NCBI GenBank assembly: GCA_964429715.1
Contig: CAYSCV010000002.1
Location: 1 to 41,246, forward strand
Direction: 5' to 3'
DNA: 41,246 nucleotides
Source of the DNA: an uncultured Methanosarcinales archaeon
Lineage (GTDB): Archaea > Nanobdellota > Nanobdellia > Woesearchaeales > GW2011-AR9
Made by a program: the position numbers and the translations under genes
The notes under the pieces: generated by a model
What the model was told of the DNA's origin: nothing
What the model saw: the letters and a program-made list of their open reading frames with translations, nothing else
Database searches by the model: none
Shown here: positions 16,551 through 27,148 of the stretch, one piece after another
Numbering within the stretch: position 1 is the stretch's first letter
Layout: every line of letters begins with the position of its first letter

Positions 16551-17651
16551 TCACGCCACTTCAAACCGCAATATCGCTGCAATTCCACCTAACTCTCGCA
16601 ACTGTACACCTTCTCTTGTCTCAACAGAAATAATCTTCACAATCGCCCCACCCGCTTCCGCTTTCTCCTCCAATTGAAAAATCATCTCATCTGACATCGA
16701 TTCCGAAAGAAGTAACACCGCCACCGCATTCATCTCAAGTGCCCGCAACGTCTCTTTCTCCCCATACGTTACTTTCTTATCATTCTCGCGAAACTGCGTA
16801 AAAAAATTATTCATGATTTTTTTCTCATGAGAAACCTCTTCATCAGCCAATAAATCTCCAGATTTATCCAATAACTCCTGCAACCCAAACTCATCCGTAT
16901 ATGACAAATCTTTTGTTCCTAACACTTTTCGTCTTAATTCTCCAGTCAAATAATCATAATTCATAAAATCATTTACTGTAATTCCCGGCCCGCCGATGAT
17001 AATTCCTTTCAAATTATTTCCCAAAGGCAGAAATTGCTCTTTCATATATTCGGCAACTTTCTTAAAGTGTTCTTTTGATGCCTCTTCTCGTATCCGCGCA
17101 AAGCGTGCCGCCGATTGTCCTCCCGTTTTATGCTTCCCTGGCACCTCCGAATGCGTCTTCTTGAGCGGAATAATCGTTTTCCCTTTCAGCAACGCAAGAG
17201 TTGCATCCCGCAAATCAAACACAACTAATCCATATGCATTGTGCTCAACTAACATATCTTCCAAGATATCAATCACAAAAGTTTTATCACAGCGATAAAT
17301 CCTTGTATTCAATAAAATAGGTGGTTCAATACTCCACGTTCGAAAATCCTGCTTTCCTTCCGTTGCCGCAATGTTGCCGGCAAATACCGCTAACCCTTTC
17401 TCTGGCGTTCGTTTAAAATTTCGTAGATGCTGAATCATCTTCTCAAGAGCCGTCTGCACATTTTTCCGTGTAATTGCCGATTTGATATTAGAAGCTGTTC
17501 CTTGCTCCTCCCCTAAATGATTGATAATTTTACTTATTTCATACCCTGCCGGAATATACACCGATACAAACTCCGTATGCGCCGCTCTCTGCGCTTTCAA
17601 TTCTTTTACAATTTTCTTCAAGTGCAGCTTTTCTTGTGCCGTAATCGCCAT
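16551..17651 (-). CDS. prf1: Peptide chain release factor aRF1
   Basis: 366 aa. Stop-codon recognition motif TASNIKS and peptidyl-hydrolysis motif KTGGQSAARFAR. Confidence 0.92.
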   Translation of the reverse strand: MAITAQEKLHLKKIVKELKAQRAAHTEFVSVYIPAGYEISKIINHLGEEQGTASNIKSAITRKNVQTALEKMIQHLRNFKRTPEKGLAVFAGNIAATEGKQDFRTWSIEPPILLNTRIYRCDKTFVIDILEDMLVEHNAYGLVVFDLRDATLALLKGKTIIPLKKTHSEVPGKHKTGGQSAARFARIREEASKEHFKKVAEYMKEQFLPLGNNLKGIIIGGPGITVNDFMNYDYLTGELRRKVLGTKDLSYTDEFGLQELLDKSGDLLADEEVSHEKKIMNNFFTQFRENDKKVTYGEKETLRALEMNAVAVLLLSESMSDEMIFQLEEKAEAGGAIVKIISVETREGVQLRELGGIAAILRFEVA

Positions 17652-17676
17652 ATCAGAATAAAATACCGTGCTTTAT

Positions 17677-18189
17677 TTATAAACATTTGCTGATTTTCGC
17701 AGCCATTTGCTGCAGTGTAATCTTCACTGTATCAAACATCATAATTCTCTGTTTTCGCGTCCGCGCCTCATTCAGACACACCTGCATAATCTCCGCTTCT
17801 AAATTCTCTTGAATTTTCTTAGTAGTATACTTCCTTTTCTGTAATCTCCGCTTCAGCAATTTCAAATCAGAACAACCAAGCACCACACAGAGATCAATGA
17901 GCGTAGCCGGCAAATAATGTGTAACATGCGAATCAATGACTAATCCATATGCAGTTGTTTCCCTCAACCGCTCATCAATCAACTTTACTAATTTGGTATA
18001 ATCTATCACATAACACTGTTTTCGTCTATCATACCTCTCAGAGATCTGCGGGTAAAATCGATGTAAATCTACTCGTTCATATCTCAATTTCTTAACCAAT
18101 ACATTTGCTAAAGTCGTCTTTCCCACTCCCGGCGTACCGGTAATTATAATAATCTTTTTTCGTTCTTTTGTCTTCGTTGTAGCTGTCAT
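17677..18189 (-). CDS. Fap7/AK6-like adenylate kinase (P-loop NTPase)
   Basis: Walker A ITGTPGVGKTTLA close to the N-terminus; size about 170 aa. Start set to the ATG at 18189 (MTATTKTKERKK); the track extension is hydrophobic and runs up to the stop of the upstream permease gene (18212). Confidence 0.7.
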   Translation of the reverse strand: MTATTKTKERKKIIIITGTPGVGKTTLANVLVKKLRYERVDLHRFYPQISERYDRRKQCYVIDYTKLVKLIDERLRETTAYGLVIDSHVTHYLPATLIDLCVVLGCSDLKLLKRRLQKRKYTTKKIQENLEAEIMQVCLNEARTRKQRIMMFDTVKITLQQMAAKISKCL

Positions 18190-18211
18190 GATTAAAAATA
18201 AAATTAAAAAA

Positions 18212-19957
18212 TCAAACTTTCCCCATTCTTTCATTTTGTCGATGAATTTTATGATGGTGGTTCAGAAATCTCTCTAGCAAATGCTTGTGCAATACTGATT
18301 CTGCCGCTAAAATTACTAAAAACAACACTAATGTATACCCTAACAACAGCAGCAAATCAACCCATAACAGCTCAAAGGGGGCATTAAAAATAAGCACTTC
18401 ACGAATCAATCTCTCTGTAATCACAAACGGACTAAATTCAACCACACTTCTCACCATTGCCGAAGTCCCCTCTATTGGAAAGATCGTCCCTGAAACAAAT
18501 AACAGCAGACTACCCAGAGAAATAGATGCTAATACTCCTGTCTCTTCTGAAGTATATATGTATCCAATCACCATCCCTAAAAACGTGAAAATAGATGCCG
18601 CTAAAAATAAAATCAGCGCCATCATGGGCAACAGATTAAGAATATCTGGCAAGAAAACCAGGGCCAACCCTAAAATAATTACCACCTGGATTAATATCAA
18701 AATCACATTAGTCAAATAAATTGACAAGATAAACGTCACTTTGCGAATCGGCAGAAAGAAATTACGAAAAAACGCCGGGCTATTCTTCTCCATCATCACT
18801 AAGCTGGTTCCAAGCAACAGCGACGAAAACATAATCACCAGCGTTAACAATACTGGGAATAAATAATTCAAATACGTTTTCTGTGCACTCACCATCTGGA
18901 TATTAGTAACAAGAGGCTGTGCCACAACTTTCGCATCCGTTACCTTCTGCGCTTGTAAATTACTATTAATTTGATCAAGTGTCGCCTGTGTCCCCTCAAG
19001 CAATGTGATACTCTCACTAATTGTGGATTTCACCGAATCAAGATTCTCATTATTTACTTTAATTTTTTCCGATGCCGCATTCAATTTCGCTTTGGTTGAT
19101 TCAATATCACTCTGTAACACCCCAATCAACGCCGAAACTTCTTGTAAACTCCCCAGCCCCCCCGCATTCAAAAAATCAGTCGTCAACAGCAACGATTCAT
19201 CAACTTTTGCAAGCATCATTTCCACTTTTTTCTTTTCTGCACTGGTGGTATTGATCTTTGCTAATGTTGTTTTGGCCTCCATCACCGCTTGAGAAGTATT
19301 ACTCAGCCGTGTTGAAATCTCCGTTTTAAACGCCTCAACCACAGCCGCATTATACGTTGTGGTCGGCGTTGTAAAATCAATCGTTGCTAAATCCGTTTTC
19401 ACCCCTTCGGTGCCTTTCACTGCCGCATTATTTTTTTCTTTCGTCGATCCAACTTTCGTTTTTTCCGCGTTTATTTTCGCTTGCGTCTCACTCAATCGTG
19501 TCAAAATATCTTTACTTAAACTCTCGCTTAACTGTTGCTCTTGTACATCAAACTTTTGTGCTAGCGTTTGCTGTACCATCCACACTAAATTAATTTTACT
19601 TTGGTCAACATAATATTTTATTTCTACCTGCTTATTCGAATCAACTTTTAATGATGCAGGCAAATCCAAACAAGTATGCATCACTGCTCGTTTAATATCT
19701 TCAATACACTTATCAATACTCTCATATTTCGCAACCGTAAACTCTTGTTCTTTTAGACTATTAATTAACACCGTAACCTCTGGCGTTTCAGCCGGCGAAT
19801 AAATTCCAATATTTAACCCATATTTACTTGTTGTATTAAATGAAAGCCCCAAAATTAAAATAATTAATAGCGGTGCAAAAATAACTATCAATGCTGAACC
19901 TTTCGATCGAATAAGATTTTTCAAATTCTTTTGCGTTAAAAGCCACAGTGCTGTCAT
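18212..19957 (-). CDS. ABC-2 type exporter permease with a large extracytoplasmic coiled-coil loop
   Basis: 581 aa. One N-terminal TM, about 330 aa of hydrophilic T/S/K/E-rich helical region, then 5 C-terminal TMs. Lies directly downstream of an ABC ATPase. Confidence 0.7.
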   Translation of the reverse strand: MTALWLLTQKNLKNLIRSKGSALIVIFAPLLIILILGLSFNTTSKYGLNIGIYSPAETPEVTVLINSLKEQEFTVAKYESIDKCIEDIKRAVMHTCLDLPASLKVDSNKQVEIKYYVDQSKINLVWMVQQTLAQKFDVQEQQLSESLSKDILTRLSETQAKINAEKTKVGSTKEKNNAAVKGTEGVKTDLATIDFTTPTTTYNAAVVEAFKTEISTRLSNTSQAVMEAKTTLAKINTTSAEKKKVEMMLAKVDESLLLTTDFLNAGGLGSLQEVSALIGVLQSDIESTKAKLNAASEKIKVNNENLDSVKSTISESITLLEGTQATLDQINSNLQAQKVTDAKVVAQPLVTNIQMVSAQKTYLNYLFPVLLTLVIMFSSLLLGTSLVMMEKNSPAFFRNFFLPIRKVTFILSIYLTNVILILIQVVIILGLALVFLPDILNLLPMMALILFLAASIFTFLGMVIGYIYTSEETGVLASISLGSLLLFVSGTIFPIEGTSAMVRSVVEFSPFVITERLIREVLIFNAPFELLWVDLLLLLGYTLVLFLVILAAESVLHKHLLERFLNHHHKIHRQNERMGKV

Positions 19958-20030
19958 ACGTGATCTATTCCTCTTTTTAATTTATCTCTAAACATTCTCT
20001 CTCCACTTATTATCGGTCATCCAAGTGTAT

Positions 20031-20975
20031 TCAACGCTTCTGCGTAATCTTTACAAACACTTCATCCAACGTTGGTTTTCGTAAATCAATATCATGCAAA
20101 TATAAATTCTCTTGCTTAACCATTATCATTAATTGCGCTAACGTCTTATCCGCATCCTGCGGAAAAATCACTAATTGGTCGCCTTTATCAATAATCTTTG
20201 TCACCGGCATTTTCTTAACCATCGCAATAATTCGCTCCGTATCTTTCCCCGCTTTGACATTTATATTAATGTAATCTTTCAAAAATGGTTTTCGAATCTC
20301 ATCCATTTCTCCATAACTATGCACTTGTTTCTCATGCACGATTGCAATTTTAGTACATATCTTCTCCAAACTTTCCAAGTGATGCGAAGCCATCACTACT
20401 GTAACCCCTTGCTTATTCACTTCTTGAATCAACCCAATTACTTCTCGCTGCATCACCGGATCAAGATCAGATGTGGGCTCATCTAAAAATAATATTTTTG
20501 GCTTATGGATTAAACTGCACGAAATATCTAATCTTTTCTGCATCCCCCCTGAAAGCTGTGAAGCCATTTTCTCTCGATGATCATATAATCCTGTAACCTG
20601 TAGCAAACTTTTTGCATTCTCAATTAATGTACTTTTTTTCAACCCATACATCTGTCCAAAATGCAACAAATTTTCTTTGACCGTAAGTTTTGGATAAAAC
20701 GAAGTATGCTGGGCATTAAACCCCATATGCCTTTTCAATTTATGGATATTTTTTGCTAAACTCTTTGGCTGTCCATCTGTTTTAGAAATATAAAAGATTT
20801 CCCCCTGACTTGGCTCAATAAACCCTGCAATCAAATTAAGCAATGTTGTCTTCCCACTCCCTGATTGCCCAATAATCCCCACAATATCTCCTTCATTTAT
20901 TTCAAAGTTTACATCCTGCAGAATCACATTCTTATTGTACTCTTTCATCACCTCTTTAAGCTGAATTAACGCCAC
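20031..20975 (-). CDS. ABC transporter ATP-binding protein
   Basis: Walker A GQSGSGKTT, signature LSGGMQKRL, Walker B ILFLDEPTSDLD, H-loop SHH. GTG start at 20975. Confidence 0.9.
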   Translation of the reverse strand: MALIQLKEVMKEYNKNVILQDVNFEINEGDIVGIIGQSGSGKTTLLNLIAGFIEPSQGEIFYISKTDGQPKSLAKNIHKLKRHMGFNAQHTSFYPKLTVKENLLHFGQMYGLKKSTLIENAKSLLQVTGLYDHREKMASQLSGGMQKRLDISCSLIHKPKILFLDEPTSDLDPVMQREVIGLIQEVNKQGVTVVMASHHLESLEKICTKIAIVHEKQVHSYGEMDEIRKPFLKDYININVKAGKDTERIIAMVKKMPVTKIIDKGDQLVIFPQDADKTLAQLMIMVKQENLYLHDIDLRKPTLDEVFVKITQKR

Positions 20976-21126
20976 ACCCTAAGGACTATTTTTCAGTTTA
21001 TAAATGTTTTGTGATTTCGTGACGAAAAGAGTGCAAACATCTCTATTCAATATGTTATGCTTCAATTCCATCTAACCGTTTGTTCAACACAATCTTTATA
21101 TAGAAATCGCTAATTTTTATTTTTAT

Positions 21127-22035
21127 ATGACCTCCTCGTTAAAATATTGGTATGAAGAAAAATACAAGCTGCTAATGTTCATCCCTTTAATCCTCGTACT
21201 CTTGGCCTTGGTCCAAATTGGAACCCAATATGCGGCAACGGGCGATTTTGTTCATCGCGGAATTACGTTAAAAGGCGGTTCAACTATCATGATTCATCAA
21301 GATTCTCTCAAAACCCCTATCCTCGCAGAAGAATTACAAGCCTATCTCCACGAACAATTCAAAGAAGTCGATCTAAGCGTCCGTGAAATGAGTTCCGCCG
21401 GTAAAGTCATTGCTATCGCTGTTGATTCTGACTTACAAACCAAAGAAGAAATTAATTCTTTACTCACTATTCTAGAAAATAAGTTATCTATTAATCAAAA
21501 CGAATTCAGTGTTGAAGTTGTCGGTTCTGCTATTGGTGACAACTTCTTTCGTCAAATGATCTCTGCCCTTCTCATTTCATTCGTCTTGATGGGCATCGTA
21601 GTCTTATTATATTTCCGCATCTTAATACCAAGTTTAGCTGTTATCGCTGCTGCCTTTTCTGATATCGTTGTCACTCTTGCCATCTTCAATCTTACCGGCA
21701 TAAAATTAAGCACTGCCGGTGTCGCTGCTTTTTTGATGCTGATTGGCTATTCTGTAGACACTGACGTTTTACTCACCACTCGCTATATGAAACGTAAAGA
21801 AGGCACCGAAATGGACCGTATTTACAGTTCTGTCAAAACTGGTTTAACCATGACCGCAACCACTTTAGTTGCCGTTACCGTCGCTCTTATCTTCGTCCAA
21901 AGTGACATCGTTCGTCAGATAATGATTATTTTATTTATCGGCTTATTTGTTGATACCATCATGACATGGATCCAAAATGTTGGTATTTTACGCTGGTATA
22001 CTCAATCCCGCAATTTGAGGAAACATCATGTTTAG
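21127..22035 (+). CDS. secF: Protein-export membrane protein SecF
   Basis: 302 aa. N-terminal TM, periplasmic-type domain, then a 5-TM bundle (LIGYSVDTDVLLTTR) typical of SecF. Overlaps secD by 8 nt. Confidence 0.82.
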   Translation: MTSSLKYWYEEKYKLLMFIPLILVLLALVQIGTQYAATGDFVHRGITLKGGSTIMIHQDSLKTPILAEELQAYLHEQFKEVDLSVREMSSAGKVIAIAVDSDLQTKEEINSLLTILENKLSINQNEFSVEVVGSAIGDNFFRQMISALLISFVLMGIVVLLYFRILIPSLAVIAAAFSDIVVTLAIFNLTGIKLSTAGVAAFLMLIGYSVDTDVLLTTRYMKRKEGTEMDRIYSSVKTGLTMTATTLVAVTVALIFVQSDIVRQIMIILFIGLFVDTIMTWIQNVGILRWYTQSRNLRKHHV

Positions 22036-23626
22036 TGAAACTTTAAAATCAATCTTGAAAACCTGGCGAGTCATCATCCTATTAGTCTTCCTCCTCTTCG
22101 CCATCTTTGCCATAAACGGCGGCATCGTGCCTCACTTTTGGGATTCTGGCGTTGTCATAAAAAGTGTCCAATACAACTCTTCGGCCGCCAACGCTGGCAT
22201 TGAAAATCCCTCTTCGCGTATAACTCCCTTAGCTAAAGAACGTATTGTTTCATTAAATGGCAAAACAATCAATTCCGTTGACGACTATTATAATTTCTTA
22301 GACGAACAAAAAGCCGATCGCACAATCAAAGTTCAAACCACAAAAAAAACCTACTCTTTACTCACAACCCAAACAAATGGTAAAGCCGACCTCGGCTTTA
22401 AAGTAAGTGAACGCCCAACCTCCAACTTACGCAAAGGTTTAGACTTAGAAGGTGGTACACGCGTTTTATTAAAACCGACCGAAAAAGTGAGCAAAATTGA
22501 CTTAGATACAACTGTTGATAGTCTAAAAGAACGCTTAAACGTCTACGGCCTAAGCGACGTCACCGTTCGCACTGCCTCAGATTTAGAAGGCACCGATTTC
22601 ATTTTAATTGAAATTGCCGGCGTCACTGAACAAGAAGTTCGTGAACTATTAGCAAAGCAAGGAAAATTCGAAGCAAAGATTTCCAACGATACCGTCTTTT
22701 TTGGTGGCAAGAAAGATATTACCTATGTCTGCCGTTCCGCCGAATGTTCTGGCATCGATCCTCGTCGTGGCTGTTCCAAAGTGGGTAATAGTTATGCATG
22801 CAGTTTCTTTTTCACCATTACATTAAGTCCACAGGCCGCTCAACGCCAAGCTGACTTGACAAATAAATTAAAAGTAATCTCTGACAACGGCGGCGCCTAT
22901 CTCAGCGAAAGCCTATTATTATATTTGGATGATAAAGAAGTAGATAGCTTACGCATCGGTGCCGAATTAAAAGGCAAAGCTTCTACGAGCATCCAAATTT
23001 CAGGTTCAGGCACAGGTATAAATCAACAGCAAGCCATGGCCAACACTTTGCTAAACATGAAGAAATTACAGACTGTTATCGTTACCGGCAGTTTACCTGT
23101 AAAACTAGAAGTCGTTCAGCTTGATACCATCTCTCCTTCCTTAGGAAAAGAATTCTTGCAAAACATCATGCTTGTTGGTTTGATTGCTCTTCTTGCCGTA
23201 TCCCTTGTTGTCTGGGTGCGATATAAACAATGGAAAATTATTCTTCCAACCATCTTTATCCTTGGCTCGGAAATCACTTTAATTCTCGGCTTTGCTGCGT
23301 TTGTCGGTTGGAATTTAGATTTAGCTTCTATTGCCGGTATTATTATCGTCATTGGTTCTGGTGTCAACCATTTAACCATTATCACTGATGAAATCATGCA
23401 TGGCCAGAGCTCAACTGCTATCGACTGGAAAACCAAAATTAAAAACGCATTATATATTATCATTGGCGCCTACTTAATCAACATCTCCTCTTTATTACCT
23501 TTATTCTGGGTTGGAGCCGGCTTGCTTAAAGGCTTTGCGTTAACAACAATTGCAGGCATGTCCTTTGGTGTATTGGTTGCTCGGCCAGCCTATGCGGCTA
23601 TCATCGAACAATTGCTGAAGAAATAA
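22028..23626 (+). CDS. secD: Protein-export membrane protein SecD
   Basis: 532 aa. Conserved GLDLEGGTRVLLKP block, large extracytoplasmic domain, C-terminal 5-TM bundle. Confidence 0.82.
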   Translation: MFSETLKSILKTWRVIILLVFLLFAIFAINGGIVPHFWDSGVVIKSVQYNSSAANAGIENPSSRITPLAKERIVSLNGKTINSVDDYYNFLDEQKADRTIKVQTTKKTYSLLTTQTNGKADLGFKVSERPTSNLRKGLDLEGGTRVLLKPTEKVSKIDLDTTVDSLKERLNVYGLSDVTVRTASDLEGTDFILIEIAGVTEQEVRELLAKQGKFEAKISNDTVFFGGKKDITYVCRSAECSGIDPRRGCSKVGNSYACSFFFTITLSPQAAQRQADLTNKLKVISDNGGAYLSESLLLYLDDKEVDSLRIGAELKGKASTSIQISGSGTGINQQQAMANTLLNMKKLQTVIVTGSLPVKLEVVQLDTISPSLGKEFLQNIMLVGLIALLAVSLVVWVRYKQWKIILPTIFILGSEITLILGFAAFVGWNLDLASIAGIIIVIGSGVNHLTIITDEIMHGQSSTAIDWKTKIKNALYIIIGAYLINISSLLPLFWVGAGLLKGFALTTIAGMSFGVLVARPAYAAIIEQLLKK

Positions 23627-23699
23627 TCATATCTATCTTCAAATACTGTTTATATTCTATATCGTAAGTGTTAAATAGTTTGTTTATTTTATTCTTCAA

Positions 23700-24482
23700 A
23701 TGCCAAAACTCCTCCCTATCTCCTTCCCAAATCATCAACAAGAACTTCTCCGCGGCATTATCCATCTCCCCAAAAACTACAACAAAAAAATAGGCACCGC
23801 GATTATCTACCTGCACGGCTTCCCTGGCAGTATGTTTGGCACTGCTAAACGTTTCCTAACCCCGCTTGCCAAACTCGGCTTCCTCTGCATGCGCTTTGAA
23901 TTCTCCGGCACAAATACATCAGAAGGAAAATTCGAAAATAAATTGATGAGCAAAGAAGTCAAAGAAATTAAATTAGCCATCAACTTCTTACAAAAAAACT
24001 ACGGCTTCCAAAAACTCATTCTCATTGGCCATTCTACTGGTGCCATTGACGCCGCGTTATACGCACATAAAGACAAAAGAATCACCAAGCTCATTCTCTC
24101 TGGTGGCGTCTCCGATCTTAAACACGCCGTACGCTACGACTTCACCGACTTGCAAGTCCACCAATTTTGGAAACAAGGCTATATCACTTACCATCGCCCC
24201 GGCCATTGGTCAAATAATAAGAAACTCAACAAAGCATTTTATGATGAATTCTTCACCATCAATCTCCCTCTTGCCATTCAAAAATTCCATAAACCAGTTC
24301 TCATTCTTCACGGAGAAAAAGACGAAGGCGTCCCCGTATTCAATGCCAGACAAGTCTACAAACTCCTCCCCGGAAAAAAGAAATTAGCCATCATCAAAGG
24401 CGCTGACCATGGTTTCTCTCGAAAAAAAGATGCTCTAATGGCATTAAACAAAGTGTATACGTTTGTAAAGAAAGGGATATGA
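23700..24482 (+). CDS. Alpha/beta-fold hydrolase
   Basis: 260 aa. Oxyanion HGFPGS, nucleophile elbow GHSTGA, late acid (GEKDEGVP) and His (GADHGF). Confidence 0.75.
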   Translation: MPKLLPISFPNHQQELLRGIIHLPKNYNKKIGTAIIYLHGFPGSMFGTAKRFLTPLAKLGFLCMRFEFSGTNTSEGKFENKLMSKEVKEIKLAINFLQKNYGFQKLILIGHSTGAIDAALYAHKDKRITKLILSGGVSDLKHAVRYDFTDLQVHQFWKQGYITYHRPGHWSNNKKLNKAFYDEFFTINLPLAIQKFHKPVLILHGEKDEGVPVFNARQVYKLLPGKKKLAIIKGADHGFSRKKDALMALNKVYTFVKKGI

Positions 24483-24488
24483 ACTATT

Positions 24489-25199
24489 TTAATTCGGTAA
24501 ATGTTGATATATAAATTTTATTTTTTCGTACACATACTCTTTTGAAAAATGAGGAGGACGAAAGTGAAGTTCTTGTGAATCTACTGGTTTTAGTTCATAT
24601 ATAATCTGAATCGGGTTTACAAAATGACCTTGCAACACTAATGTTGCAGAAGGAGAAAGTTGACAGCCGAGCCGGTGTATTCCTTTATGATTAAAAGAGT
24701 ATGGTTGTCCTGCCGAGATTGATTCTTTTTTTAAGCAGGTTAAATCAAGTTGTCTATCAAATACTTTATTATGTCCAACTCCTGGTAGAACTTGAGGGAT
24801 ATAACGCCATACAGGAAGATCACCTGGTCCTGCCGTTTCAGTATATGTTTCTTGATAAACTTGTCCAAATAAGCAGATGGAAGCAAAATCCCAATTATGT
24901 ATATGCGGGCCACCCCCCTTGTTAATTTCCTCCCAAAAGTGAATACGCAATGCCGGTTCTTGTACTTTTTCTCCAGGTTGCCACAGAATATAACGGTCAA
25001 ATCCATTTAAGTGTCTCGATGATTTTTTGGCAAGAGCTTCTAATGAAGAGTCATCATTTAAGGTCATTTCAAGAACTGTTTTAAGATCGCCATTTTCCCA
25101 TATTTTTGTTAAAGCATCAAGTACCTGAGGATGTAAAGGGCGATTTGCATATTCTATTAACCTCTTAAAACCAGCTGGGAAATTATTTATATTTATCAC
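24489..25199 (-). CDS. Hypothetical protein, possible cupin / cysteine-dioxygenase-like fold
   Basis: 236 aa with a GTG start. ILWQPGEKV...RIHFW...GPHIHNWDFASICLFGQVYQETY resembles the metal-binding strand pair of cupins. Its strand composition is opposite to all other minus-strand genes here. Confidence 0.4.
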   Translation of the reverse strand: MININNFPAGFKRLIEYANRPLHPQVLDALTKIWENGDLKTVLEMTLNDDSSLEALAKKSSRHLNGFDRYILWQPGEKVQEPALRIHFWEEINKGGGPHIHNWDFASICLFGQVYQETYTETAGPGDLPVWRYIPQVLPGVGHNKVFDRQLDLTCLKKESISAGQPYSFNHKGIHRLGCQLSPSATLVLQGHFVNPIQIIYELKPVDSQELHFRPPHFSKEYVYEKIKFIYQHLPN

Positions 25200-25230
25200 G
25201 GACGAAAAAAATAAGAGTTGACTTATAAAA

Positions 25231-25749
25231 CTATTTGAGAATTACTGCCTTCTTTCCATGATATGCTATCTTCATCTGCTCAAATAAAAAAGGCATAATA
25301 AACGCCGCCATAAACACAATACTGACAATCCACGGATTATGGGCAGTATTTGGTATCTTCAATTCTGCCATAAATCTATTTGAAACCATCACTGTAATCA
25401 ACATATTAGCCAATGCAATAATCGGAATAATAATACTTGCTAATACATGATGATGCCGTTCTAAATGTCCAATATCTGTAATCAGATAATTATACAAAAA
25501 TCCAATTGATCCCGCTAACAGCACCACAACAAGATATAATGCCCAACTCTGAAACACGATAATAAACGGAATCAACACTAACGACACCATCAAATTCGCA
25601 AAAATAATAACCACAATCGCCGTCCAAAACACAATTTTCGCAAAATGCACATCATGATGTTGCGTATCTGAAAGAATTGCCTGCGCTCGCTGAATCTCTT
25701 TCTCATTCCATCCTTTCTCTAACAACTGCAACGTATGATGCTTTTTCAT
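25231..25749 (-). CDS. Integral membrane protein, unknown function (about 4 TM)
   Basis: 172 aa. Four long hydrophobic segments after a soluble 35-aa N-terminus. Directly downstream of minD. Confidence 0.5.
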   Translation of the reverse strand: MKKHHTLQLLEKGWNEKEIQRAQAILSDTQHHDVHFAKIVFWTAIVVIIFANLMVSLVLIPFIIVFQSWALYLVVVLLAGSIGFLYNYLITDIGHLERHHHVLASIIIPIIALANMLITVMVSNRFMAELKIPNTAHNPWIVSIVFMAAFIMPFLFEQMKIAYHGKKAVILK

Positions 25750-25814
25750 TCTAACATCTCCCCTATTTTTTTATTATATCTACAATTAATTATTTAAATA
25801 ATTTAAGATACATT

Positions 25815-26543
25815 TTAATCTACTTTTTTATGAAGACTAATATATTCTGCCACTTTGTTAAATTGCCGTGCTGAACGACAACGCGGATGCAGATAATTCA
25901 ATGGCACTTGCCGATGAACCGCTTTGCGTATTTTACTATCGACTCTTAACGTCGCAATGACTGGATAATTCAAAATTCGTTCAATCTCTTCTAATTTCAA
26001 TTCATGCCGCGATGCCCAATGAGTCATATTTAACACAATCCCTGTAATTGTATTATCATTCGCTTGCGCTACATGTATCGTTTTCAATGCATCCATCACT
26101 GAACTCAAGTTCGGCATCGTCACAATTAACGCTTCATCAGAATTCTTGAGAATATGGCTCACATCATACCCTAACCCGCTTGGTGCATCAATTAATACAA
26201 AATCTGCGGTATTATCTAAATGCTCAAAAATCTCTGTCATCTTCTGCGGATTCGTTTTCTGAAACTCACTATACGATGGCGACGCTGGAATAAATGTTAA
26301 ACCAGATTCATGAAGATACATCGCATCTTTCAAATCTTTCTCTTTTCGTAAAAACTTGTTGATTGTTCCTTCAGGATTCATAACTCCTAAATGTATTCCC
26401 ACATTCGGCGTCACTAAATTAGCATCCACAACCACCACTTTTTTCCCCATATCTGTTAACGCCTGTCCTAAATTAATTGCTGTCGTTGTCTTCCCTACTC
26501 CTCCTTTACCAGAAACCAACGTAATAAATCGTGTCATAATCAT
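25815..26543 (-). CDS. minD: MinD/ParA-family P-loop ATPase
   Basis: Deviant Walker A SGKGGVGKTTT, Walker A' VVVVDAN, Walker B FVLIDAPSG. Confidence 0.85.
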   Translation of the reverse strand: MIMTRFITLVSGKGGVGKTTTAINLGQALTDMGKKVVVVDANLVTPNVGIHLGVMNPEGTINKFLRKEKDLKDAMYLHESGLTFIPASPSYSEFQKTNPQKMTEIFEHLDNTADFVLIDAPSGLGYDVSHILKNSDEALIVTMPNLSSVMDALKTIHVAQANDNTITGIVLNMTHWASRHELKLEEIERILNYPVIATLRVDSKIRKAVHRQVPLNYLHPRCRSARQFNKVAEYISLHKKVD

Positions 26544-26635
26544 TTAGAAACATCTAGTGCTATTTAATGTTTTTGGCGGTAGAGACTATGTAGAAAAAGC
26601 ACTACCCCTCAAATAAACTTCACCAGAACTAACAT

Positions 26636-27106
26636 CTAATCATCATCTTCACTTTTACCAACAAGAACAGTCCACGCGTATGTAGAAAACTCATGCATAA
26701 ATTTCTCACAATTCATCAAATTATCAATATTAATCTCTGCCGTCGCATGATCCAATTCCACAACAAACGTCACATGTCGTCGGAATTCCTCTCGTTTTGT
26801 ATACGGCAACTTTAAAATCGTTCGTAAAAATGCATAAAATGTCAAATATCGCTGTAATTCTAAATCAGTCGGATAAATTTCCGTCACTTTTGTCGCCCGT
26901 AACGCTGGACTTTTTGGCAGCATTTCGATCAATTTATCTTCTTTCGCTTTCTCTAAAAAAGCATCTATAATCAAATCAATGCAACTCACCATCCGATTCA
27001 ATGCATTGATAATCACATCTACGGTTCTAGTATATTTTAAACTTACATAGATAATATGTTCCAACCGCTTAAGTTCATCACGTGCTTCTAAAAGATAATC
27101 ATTCAT
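26636..27106 (-). CDS. Helical protein of unknown function (paralog of 27149..27628)
   Basis: 156 aa. The N-terminal pattern ARDELKRLEHIIYVSLKYTRTVDVIINAL parallels AKREVDSAEYLLNVTLRSLKDPQLLVNIL of the neighbouring gene. Confidence 0.5.
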   Translation of the reverse strand: MNDYLLEARDELKRLEHIIYVSLKYTRTVDVIINALNRMVSCIDLIIDAFLEKAKEDKLIEMLPKSPALRATKVTEIYPTDLELQRYLTFYAFLRTILKLPYTKREEFRRHVTFVVELDHATAEINIDNLMNCEKFMHEFSTYAWTVLVGKSEDDD

Positions 27107-27148
27107 TGTATATTGTAACTAGGGAGGAGAGAAAAGAAGTCCTCCTTT

